DNA from: Lama glama
Lineage: Eukaryota
Assembly (NCBI GenBank): GCA_028534125.1
Contig: CM052816.1
Span: 82,772,001-82,836,000, forward strand
Reading direction: 5' to 3'
Length of the DNA: 64,000 bases
In this document: positions 38,570-49,735 of the stretch, in pieces
Layout: the number at the start of each line of letters is the position of its first letter
How positions within the stretch are numbered: position 1 is the first letter of the stretch
Position numbers and translations under genes: made by a program
Notes under the pieces: model-generated
The model's input: only the letters and a program-made list of their open reading frames with translations
Databases searched by the model: none
What the model was told of the DNA's origin: nothing

Positions 38570-39640
38570 TCTTCTAGTTAATTTAAACATCTTTCCTCTT
38601 TTATTTATCTTTAGTGTTCAGCAGTTTTATGATGTTCCTCAGTTTGGCTTTATTTGTATTTAAGAAACGTTGGATTAGTAGAACCTGTTGGAAACAAATA
38701 CGGATTTTTTCATCCCTTTTGGAAAACTGCCATCTGTTACCTTAAGATATTGTGTAGCCTCATTCTCTCTTCCCTCTTTCTGAGATTCCAATTGTATACA
38801 TTTATGGGAAATATTCTCCTCTTCTGTATTGTTTGTGCATGATATTCACTATGTTTTTAACCCTTTTTTTCTCTTCATGCTTAAATCTGGTACTTTTCAA
38901 TTCATCTACATTCAAGATTATTAAATTATTTTTTCAGCAGTGTTGACTCAAACCATTGAATGTTTAATCTATGTTTTTTCAGTTTATGAATTAACTTTTT
39001 TATTATCCAATTTTTTATCTTTTAAAAAAATTTTGTAAGCATGATCCTTTAAAGTCTGTGTCTGGCATCTTTAACTGGAGACGCAGAGCATTTTAAAAAA
39101 ATTTTTGTTTCTGTTTTCTTGGCTTTTAATCATTTTCCTATCTACTCTTATTTCTGTGTGTGTTCCTTTTTTACCTGAGAAATTGTTTTGATAATTTGTG
39201 GCTTTTAATAAAATTTTACTCCAGAAAGGATGCAGTTGTTCTAATAGGTAGCGAGACTGGTGGTTCAATCACTTTCACATCACCATACACAAATCAAGGA
39301 TTTAGATCACTGGAATTGAGGCTTCAGTTCCCAAATTTTACTGAAAGCCTGGGTATTTGCCAGGGACCATCCCCCTTATTGGGCTCCAAACTTCAATATT
39401 TGTCCTATTGGTGAGTATACTGAAAACTGTGTTCATCTTCTTGGCCTCTCAGTCATGCCATTGGAATAAGAATATGCCTTTAGTGTCCAGCAGCTCCATT
39501 CTGTACTCACCCCCATGCATTATCTGCCTATAGATTGGGGCAGCATTCTCATAATTTTGAATACATGTACTATTTAAATTTATGTCAGACTCTTCCGGTT
39601 TTCAGTGAAACAAGTCACCTACCTGTTCTATCCCATCATT
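38570..39640 (-). mobile_element. Ancient L1M ORF1/5' fragment
   Basis: T-rich; 'tttagtgttcagcagttttatgatg', 'ctttctgagattccaattgtatacat', 'tttaaagtctgtgtctgg'. Confidence 0.55.
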
Positions 39641-40093
39641 TCTGGAATAACCAATTGATATTTACATATACTTATATCTGCAAGATGTTATGATAGGCAA
39701 AACGTTGTTCCTAAAAATTTGAAACACATACATACCACACACACACCCCTAAATACTTCTAGTAACTTTGCAGACAGTATATCACATGGTTAGAAAAAAC
39801 AGGGAAGTAAAATCCTTCCTTGCAATTATTAATGTGATGTAGAATAATGCAAAAAACAAAAACAAAACAAAAACAACAATGTGACTTGGATATGTAAACA
39901 GGATTTGATAATTAATTTTCACATAATCAAGCCACAGACATTACTAATATTTTTGTGATTCTGTATGTGGATGTATGGATAAGATGGCATATAGAATTAA
40001 ATCATTGTTTAGTGAATTTTATTTTTGTAGAAAACAAGTAGCATTGTAAGCCATCTTAATCTTTAACTTAGTAACTTAATCTTTAACTTAACC

Positions 40094-40225
40094 ATTATTA
40101 TTTTTTTGCTGTTGGGGGAGGTAATTAGGTTTATTTGTTTATTTTTAAATGGAGTTACTGGGGATTGAACCCAGGACCTCGTGCATGCCAAGCATGCACT
40201 CCACCACTGAGCTATACCCTCCCCC
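40094..40225 (-). mobile_element. tRNA-derived SINE of camelid type (Vic-1-like)
   Basis: Minus strand reads GGGGAGGGTATAGCTCAGTGGTGGAGTGCATGCTTGGCATGCACGAGGTCCTGGGTTCAATCCCCAGTAACTCCATTTAAAAATAAACAAATAAACCTAATTACCTCCCCC plus A-rich tail; Pol III A box at 40204-40214, B box at 40162-40171. Confidence 0.9.
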
Positions 40226-43199
40226 TTTACCTTAGTTTTTATCCGGTAAGATTACACTATTACATATAAACACATGCAATACATACTATGTAATAAGTCC
40301 ATTGTATAAACATACCTTGAAATATTGTTATACGTCATTTCATGAGTCTAATTTCCCCTTATTGAAATCTCACATCCTACACCTATGACTTGAGAATTCA
40401 TAATGCTAGTTTCATAGCACAGACAAATATGCAAGTTCCAGGACATTATCAGTCCATGAGAGCCCTGATGGGCGAAGGCCAAAGCAATGAGGCCATCATC
40501 TGTTCTAAGGTTATATGTGCTTTGTACAATGGACTGCAGACTTAAGACCATTTGCAAAATGCTTTCATCTAAATCCTTCTCAAGAGGCAAAAATAGAAAG
40601 AAAAGAAAACAATTTGGCAGAGAAGTGAAATTTTAAATTTGTTCTATGAAAATTTATAGTGGGTTGTAGTTTATACAGAACGAAGATTGTTAGTACTAAT
40701 TTTATGTTATTAATTCATAATGGATTTCCAAGGAAAGAGTAAAAAAGTAATGAGTATTTCTTGTCTTTTACGTTTATAATACTGCTTTATTTAAGAACCT
40801 AGTTTCCTATTTTCATGTAGTCAAATTCATCATTCTTTTCATTTCTGGCTTTGTCCTTTTACCACTGAAGGTTATAAAAATATTCTCCTATATTTTAATG
40901 CCAAAATAGTTATCCAGTAGAGTTTATTGTTTATGTGCTGATAGATTATTTAGATCACTGTAAATGCGAAATGAAATGTTTTTTTAACTAAACATAAATT
41001 CCATTGTTCTGTAATTCATAACCAATACATGTAGAGAAACCACAAAACTTGTTTCCAATAATATCCAAAATTCTTTCACACCCTGACAATGAAAGTACTA
41101 ATGAAGTATACATATTTTCTTCATTTTAGAGGCATTCTTACTGGTTAACTGCAGAACATCCTATATCTTATTGTCGAAAGGCTGTTTTTTCTAACAGTCC
41201 TTGGAATGGATTCATTAAGAGTGGACCAGCTCTTGTATAAGGGAGACACGACTGATTACATTAACATGTGCCATTTCCTTATGAGACCACTGCAGTCACA
41301 AGGATATAAGCTAGGCAAAACAGATTAATTTATTATCACATGGGAGAATAGAAAATACTCCCAGGATTTTTTAATTCATAGAACTGAAAAATAATCTTAT
41401 AAAAATGTTAATGCTAAGCTAGAGCAATACTGTTTGCCTACAGTTAACATGTAAAATTAAAAATATCTATTGATGCCAGTGTCATTGCAGTGATTATTTT
41501 TATGTAAGTAGAGTGTGGTGTGCATTTACTGCAGCCTCTGTTAGGGACCTGTGTTTGCAGATATCTGACTGTGAGCACAATGATAGCAAATCATCTCCAC
41601 ACATTCAGTGCAAACAAGATGCCAAGAAAAGAACTCTTGCATATGCAGTTCCACTCAGATTCAAAGGATTTAAATGTATTTACTTTTTCAGCTGTGATCT
41701 AACTGATAAATTCTAAGCAAATCTCTCAACTGTGATTTAACTGAATGATGAAACTTTTCTTGGTAGGAATCCATGATATATGGAGCTTAGTAGCAAATAA
41801 AATTTCTTGAAAGTGTGAAAATTAATCATTTTGGTAGTTTTTTTTTTCTTTTGGGTTTAAAACTATGCACTTCTTTTCTCCCACACTACCCCCCTAGGCA
41901 GCCTCGCCTTGTTACTTACTCATCACTCACTGCCATGTACAGGTGCCTCATGTCTTAAGCACCTTTCCCATCACTGGCCATAGAAATGGTAAACATTCAA
42001 TGATATCGACTGAATGTGATTGTGAAAAAGCTGCCTGGAGTTAATATAGTGGGGGAGAAAAAAGCAGAAAATATATTCTCTTTCTGATCACTGGAGTATA
42101 TCATTTTATGTTACTTTCTATTCTGAGGGACAGTTTTTCTATGGTGGAAGAAGCCCTTGTATTTTTTTAAGTCTAAAGGGAAGGAAATATGTCCTAGAAC
42201 ATAAGACTTCTATTTCTAGCTTGCAAGTGGTAGATTTAACGGATGTTTTCCTTTTAGGGGGTTTTGTATTTTCAGCAGATGTCATTTTTAACATGGAGTA
42301 AATATTAAATCCTATACGTGCTTTGGGTAACCAGAGTATGGGGCTTATTAAATGAGATGGACTGTGGGATGTCAGGAGAGCTCTGTGGTCAAAACGTCTC
42401 TTCTCTCAGGCTTAAGCTTCTTATTGGGCTAATGCTTTTAAAAATAAATAGTACACCTAAAGGTTGTCTAGAAATTATTAACTCTATTGCTGCCACTGCA
42501 AATTAAGAAATTATACAGATTAAGAAAGTTTAAAGAGAGTAAATATAGAAGCCAGCAGAATCAGAGCTAGCCAGTCATCCAGCACATGCTCGGGCCTCGT
42601 CCCACCGATTTTTGACGTCTTAGATTTTTGATTAGGCCACTTGATCAATTTCTTTTTATGCTTTTCAATTAGTTTGAAAAATTAAATTAGTTTTTCAATT
42701 TATAACCAAATATCATTGACAGCTTTCACGCATTGCAGTAGTATTATAACTGATGCCTTATGATATAGTCTAGCAGATCTTTTTCCAGAATACCACCTCT
42801 TGAGAGTGAGCCTTTAGGAGATGAGTTTGATGTTGACAGGTGTGGCTAGTACTCAGTAATACCTATCTTTGGGTTATGGAGAGGTCTTGCCTTGAAGAGC
42901 CAGGCCAGAAAGTGGAACATATCCAAGAGAAAAGTCGGGGCTTCAGCCAGTGTTTGAAAAAGATTAAAAAAAAAAAACTCTGAAAGTAAAGAAAGAACAC
43001 CAGGGCTAGCCCTACAAAATGGAATCAACATGGTCCATGTTTTCAGAGACTATCAGCATTGCTATGTTATGAAAACTCTTATAATAAAATAGACTAAGAC
43101 TAAGTTAATAACAAAGTCATTCAGGAAATACTCTGCTTCGTTATAAAGTGAGACAAATATGTTAGAGAAAATGTAACATGTTTACAAAGCAGAGGAAAG

Positions 43200-44350
43200 A
43201 AATGGCACAGTCAAATTCCCAAAGCAAGAGACATAACATTTTAAGGAACCAGTCCTTTGTGTCTTAGGTAAGGAGCATGGGGAAGAGCAGTGCCAGGATG
43301 GAAGTTCTGAGAGATCTGTAGGAGCAAGAGCACAAGGGAACCTCTGAACTAGCCTGGCGTATTAGTATTTTTTTCCTGAGTGAACTGGGGAGACATTGCC
43401 GTGATTTTAAACAGGATCACAAAAGGATCACTCTGTGTGACGTTGTAGAATACATGAGACAGGGACCAAGAAAGGTCAGAAAACCAGATAGGAGTCTGTG
43501 TAGCAGTCAAGGTGGGCCTATGTTGGTCTGAAGAAAATACGACAGCAGGATAGAAAGATGTGGTTAGATTTAAGAAATACTAAAGTAGAAAAATTCATAG
43601 GAACCCATGTTTTGTTAGGTACAGATAAGGAGGGAGACAGAGTGGAAATATAAATGATTTCCACATTCTCATATTTCTGGCTTGAATGGTAGATAGTAGA
43701 ACTATTCACTGAATAGGAACACAATGCAGGCTTTGGTTGGAGGTGAAATAATGATTTCTGTTGGAGACACATTTGCTTGTAACCATCTTGAGACCATCCA
43801 AGTAGAGATGACAGGATGACACTTAATATTGTCTGCAGCTCTGTTGCCTCTTATGCTTGGGATTCATTAGGTTTGAGGGTTGCGATTAAAGCTGTCTGTA
43901 TTAGTTTTCTATGTTGAATAGCAAAGTAGCAAAAACTCAGCAGCTTAAAAAAATGTCCATTTATTATATCACAGTTCTGTGGGTCAGAAGTCTGCACAGG
44001 GCTCAAATAGCTCTCACTCAGGGTCTCTATCAAATCTCTGTTACAAAGTCAAGATATTGGCCAGGGATATAATCATATCTGAGTCTCAAGGAGCTCCTCT
44101 AATCTCATTGGCTGTTGGCCTAATTTAGTTTCTGAAGGCGGTAGGACTCAGGTACCCACCATCTTCCCAGCTATCAAGTAGAGTTGCTCTCACTTCCGAG
44201 ATGTAATCAGCCATTTCCTTCTACATGGCCCTCTCTGCACCAGGACAGTTTCTTTTTTCAAGGCCAGCAGGAGAGCTGGAAAGATGGAGGTTAGGGAAGA
44301 AGCCTGAGAATATAACACTTAAGGAAGCTTGATAGTAAAAAGAATTAGCA
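43200..44350 (-). mobile_element. L2 LINE fragment, interrupted by an MLT1 LTR
   Basis: Purine-rich; 'aaaaggatcactctg', 'tttctggcttgaatggtagatagtagaactattcactga', 'gagaccatccaagtagagatg'. Confidence 0.75.
43897..44275 (-). mobile_element. MLT1D/E-like MaLR LTR (partial)
   Basis: Starts TGTATTAGTTTTCTAT; 'cagcagcttaaaa...catttattatatcacagttctgtgggtcagaagtctg', 'ttcaaggccagcaggagag'. Confidence 0.82.
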
Positions 44351-47300
44351 AAAGAAACTGGGGACTAAGAGTACAATATGACAAAGGCAGATGTATAATC
44401 AGAACCTCTAGCTCTATGTTCTCAAGGTTGTTCATCAATCACTGTTACTGCCATGACTTTGTGCCTCATTCTACTGCACATTCCTTAAAATATGTTCTCC
44501 TGTCACTAAATCATGACCAATATATGATTTGGTTATGAAATATTAATTTAACTAGTTATGACCTATAAATTAACTTTTAGAATTCAAAAAAGTATTACTA
44601 TACTAATAACTTCAGTCTCTTCAGACCATGAGAAGCTTGGGGTCTTTGACAATTTATATCAAAGGCGTTCTGTAAGGGGAAGATATTTGACTGTGTGCTG
44701 GAAGTATATATGGTAACTTGAGCAATACACAAAAACTGAAAGGTACTGAAATCGTACTCATCATTTGTCATTTGTGGATCAGTTCCCCCAGGTGATATAT
44801 ATTGTTCTCTTATGTCATAAGACCTTCCATATTATATATGCTGGTGAATATATTCAATCTCAGCTATTAGACAAAGATCCCAGAGATCACATTTCACTTC
44901 TTATTCACCTTTTGGGCCTATAAGCCACACAATGCCATGAAAATATTAAGTACTTATATACTTGTTAAAAAAACAAATGAAGAGAAAAGAAAGTTGTTTT
45001 ACTTGTTAGTAATATTTCTAACATATTCCTTGTATTAGTTTTTTTTGTAAATTAACACCACACTTATTTAATTTTGGATAAAATAACATGGACATAAAAG
45101 TGAGTTATTTTTTATAGGATGTTGCCAATGACAATATACGGACTCTTTAAAGTATAGGAGGAATTTTGAGGATGTCTGACAAAATTGGTCTCTGAGAAAA
45201 GACTTGATCTGAAAAAGTGTTCATGTAAGCCAGTGTCTGCTCAGTGCCACTTCACCTGGGAAAGAAAAGGTCCATTTAAACTGACAGATATTGATGCAAT
45301 GACCCAAATTAGTAAAATAAGGCCAAATTTAAATCAGGTTAGGGAAAGATTTTTTTTAATATAAAAAGGGCATCTGAGAAGTGAACAAAAAGAAATTTAA
45401 GCAATAGGAACCCAAATACAATTAAACATACATCTAAAGTTTCACAAGAAGCCAGAAACAAAGATTCCATTATGTATCTCCAGAGAACACAAAGTATCAG
45501 AAACAATGAAATGGAACTGTACTGGTAAATCTTTTGTGGAAAATCTATATCTCAAAGTCACAGAACCTAAATATCATATTATTTATAACTATATAAAACT
45601 TATTTTAAAAGGTTGTAAATTCTAAGCCAAATAAAATGAGATATATTAATTGTTTAAAGAGTCTTAAAAAGTTAACCAAATTCACTCAAATGTAATGTTT
45701 GAAGAATCTATTATTAATGATTGTGATATGTTATTAATAATTTAAAAATTATATAATACTTTTATTAAAATAATTATGTTAACTAGTAAAAATGATTAAT
45801 GTTACACCTTCTGCTTCATATATATGTGACTTACATATATTCAAATATATGAAGGATATAAATGTATTAAATATAACTCTGCTATGGCTCAAATAGCACA
45901 TTGTACTGTTTCTGAAATTATTAATTTTATTCTAGGTAAGCTCTCTGATTCATGTGAGTCTGATTTGAAAGTTCTACATTCTCCAATATTAGCACCTAAT
46001 AATGTGTAAAATTATTAATTAGTTTCTGTGACTGTTGCCTTTGATTTAACTATTTATTTTGTTTAGTACCAGAATTACTTATTTTTATTCCTTCTTATTA
46101 TTACTACAGTAATTCTGCAGAAGTATTTCTTTGAAATGCCTACTTCAGTTTCACTGGTTCTCTTATCTCCGAATATCTTATTCCACACTGGTTAAAAGAC
46201 CAGTTATTCCCTACTCTGCTTTCTATATTTCGAATAATGTGTGGGGAAAAAATCGTGTTTGTATTTCTCCTTAAAGTATAATTTCTTACTTCTGAACAGT
46301 AGTATTTAAAATTAAAGCTACAAATTCTCATAGAGATATGTTTTTGAATCCTGTAAGTTCCATCTTTCTTCATTGAAAAAGCAAATCTGGTGATGTTCAT
46401 TCATTTTTTAAAAATTGAAGTTATGAATTCATCAGTGATTACACACATATGTACTTGAAGCAAGGATGTTGTTCAACTCTATTCACGAAACATAGCTGTT
46501 ACCCTCTGTTAATGACAACAGTATAAACGTTTCATCAATTTAGAAGTACTATCAATTTTCTTGAACAACTATGTAAAACAGAAACATGTTGCTTGTGATT
46601 CTGGAGGTTTGTGTCTTCCCCAGAAGTTAAGAAAATCTTTGACTTCAAAAATTAGTCCTAAGGCCAAGTCAAGGCCTGCTTCAATTGTTGTGACACTTCA
46701 ACAGATTCTACATGCAATATAATCTACATAACCTATGCCTTTCATAATAGAAAAACTTGTATATAGTCTATGATATGCGTATACTGTACATTATAAAATG
46801 CTTATGAACAGTCACTGGTTTTTCTTAAGCAACACGTCAGATTCAGTCAGCTTATAAAAATTTTTTTTGAATATGCTTAGAGAATCAACGATGACATCTT
46901 TATTTTAAGGCTATGAGTTATATTATTTGGTTAGGCACTACTCTATTACACTGCTGCATGTTGCACTATAATATAATTTTATTCATTTCTAAAGGCATAA
47001 TAACTTTCACTAAATTTTAAGTAATTTCAAAGAAATTATAACACTATGTGTTCCTTTGCATCTTTTTAAAATAATAATGTGTCATTTCTTAAGATGAAGG
47101 ATAGGAGTTGACAAATTCAATGCTCTCCATTGAGTCTTCAAAATTATCATTAACCTTCTCAATTTTTCAACATCTTTTCCTTTGAAGTTCACACCAACAA
47201 CTTTCGTGGTAATACTTAGAATTATATTGATATTATCTGCTTATCTCTTGCCATTATATATAAATATTAGTGCACCTGATTATAATTTTCCATTCCAGAG

Positions 47301-48905
47301 ACTTCAATTAAGATGATTCTCTTAACTCTTTGACCTTGCAAGTCTTTGTATATCTCAAGTAGCTTTGGTGTCTATGGTACTTAAAATATTTATAGTTAGA
47401 GCTAACCTTAGATCTCATCACTGTTTAAGAACACTCTACCTTCAAGTTCTTTTACCTTAAAATGATAATTACAATCCCCTAATATACAAGTCTCTTTGTT
47501 TCTTAACCACTCCTCATTATTTACTCCTCTCAATTTTCATAGATTCTTAACACCTGGCTGATCTTAATTGCCTTTCAAATCGTTTTTACTTTTGATGGGG
47601 GCCAATCCTTTGTTTTGGGTAAAACCTTACTGTTTTATATCATTCTTATCTTAGGTTACTGGATGTTGAAGGAAAAAAAAAAGCCTCTTTAATAAATTCA
47701 ATGACAAATGTATTCTCTCACCATACTTCAGCTCTGTTGCCTCTCATAAATCCCTTTATTAACTTCAAAATGATGGTTTACATTCCCAAAATGGTCAATT
47801 CACAACTTTTGCTTTGTCCTGAATCCCACACATCCATCTGCCTTCTTAACACTGATGAATTTCACTTTATAAAGAATATTCAGTCCATTGTTAAAGTTAT
47901 CCCAAACTATACTTTTAGTACCTTACTAATACCTAGAACTTTCACCTTTTGTCTCTTCCATTAGACTTCATGAAGAAGTACTGGATAAACTGTCTTCAGC
48001 GTAAATCATAGTAATAATTTCCTATTACTATCCCCAGTCAAATTGCTATTTCCCAATTATGATTTATGCCTTTCTTCTTTATTAGACTATCAAGGTTGCT
48101 CACTTCAGAGGGAATGTTCTTTTCCCCTATTATACAAATCATACCATCTTAAAATTCCTGACTAATGCCACTTTCATGAAGTCTTCTCTGTTGTGATCTT
48201 TCCAACTGAAAAATGTCTTTTTTTCTCCGAACACAGATTGAACATTTTTTTTGTTTATTATACTTTACATTTCAAAATTCATGTAATGTTTATATATATG
48301 TGTGTGTATATATAATATGACTGCCTGTATGCCTGACTATGATATATCCTTCATTGGCTGATGGGTAGTTTCCCTCCAGCATGCTAAATATTTTATTAAT
48401 AAAGTGTGAGTGACTATTATTGTGGCATATTATGTCTGGGTTACTTTTCACACATAGAAAAATATTAAATATTTACAATTTAGACAAAGTAATAGTGTAC
48501 AAATGCCACTCAGTAACTGTGGCTTCAAAATTTCAAATGTGCAATAAAATTGGTCCAAGCAAAATTAAAAGTATGGGTGTTATTTGATCTGATGATCAAT
48601 CTTTCATCTTGCAATGCTTAATAACTACTCTTATGATGAAAGGAATCACCTAATAATTGTTTTGCAATTAGTAAAAAAGACACATGGCTGTAATTCCTTA
48701 CCTTTTTTAGGTTTAGTTACAGAGATTTATACAAGAGCTACAGTTTATTATTTGGGGTCAAAATTTGGATTGACACAATCTTTAAGTATATAGACGAGCA
48801 GCCCTTTCAATGCTTTTGTACTTGTTCTGTTCTGCTGTTATTGGGACTAGAAGCCAATTAATGTGTCTACTGTGTGTTAGACTTGGACAGAAGTGGTCTG
48901 CATAC

Positions 48906-49735
48906 AGTGTCAGGCAGAATTCTAAGATGCCCTCATATGACTCACATCCTTGAATAATCCTTTCCCTTTGACTCTCAGTTTGAGTGTGGCATCTATGAAT
49001 ATGATGGGATTTGATTCTGTGATTATGTTAGAGCAGGCAGACACCTAGATATGAGCAGAGACAGGGGGACACAGACCAAATGGCAGGAATTGGGCAGAAA
49101 GGAGGGGCACAAGCCAAATGCAGAAAACCACACATCATGTAAGCACCAGGGGTCCCTGGGCAGAGAAAGAAAAGCAGGAACCTTTGGGCTGATAAGGGAT
49201 CACACCTTTTGGGGGGATGAGTGGCCTGCAGATGAACAAAGAAGGGTGAGAAAAGGCAGGAATTTCCGCTGTCCGAATGTAACCTTTTGCTCATTATGCC
49301 CTCATTTCAATAAAATTAGCCTTGCAGATCAGAAGAACCTATTATGCACCAACGCCAACTTCTGATCCAGATTAAATATGGACAGAAATCCCTCCTCCCT
49401 TTGGGAAGGTGGAGTTGGGATGAAAAGCAGGGAATATGACCCCAAAGCCTTCCCTCCCCAATGAATATTCTGCCCATTCATTTTTACACCCTATCTAATT
49501 AACTTGCCAAAGAAACACAAGGTAGCCGCTCACCTAAGCCTGCTTTCTCTCCCCTTGAGGGTGTACTATCCATTCTTTAATAAACCTTCACTTTACTTTT
49601 TTAACCACTATGTCTTGTCTCTGAATTCTTTCTGGGACGCGACAGGAACCTGGAACATCGGTTGCATCTACTGGCAACAATTACATTACTTTTTACATGG
49701 TAAAGAGGGGGGGATTTTGCAGATACAATTAAGGT
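48906..49735 (+). mobile_element. MLT1E-like LTR 5' part, split by an ERV1-type LTR
   Basis: 'aggcagaattctaagatg...tatgaatatgatgggattt' continues after the insert as 'ttacatggtaaagagg..gattttgcagatacaattaaggt'. Confidence 0.75.
49026..49679 (+). mobile_element. Intact 654-bp solo LTR, ERV1 (gammaretrovirus-like) class
   Basis: TGTTA...CAACA termini; perfect 4-bp TSD ATTA (49022-25, 49680-83); AATAAA at 49579-84 followed by a U5-like 'ctgaattctttct'; higher GC than flanks. Confidence 0.9.

Noticed and set aside
40150..40225. Functional tRNA gene
   Set aside because: A and B boxes are present but it runs into a SINE-specific tail and A-rich end with TSD-like flanks
43250..43275. Second AG|GTAAG recursive-splice-like motif (gtcttag|gtaagg)
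   Set aside because: It lies within a decayed antisense L2 and such words are expected by chance
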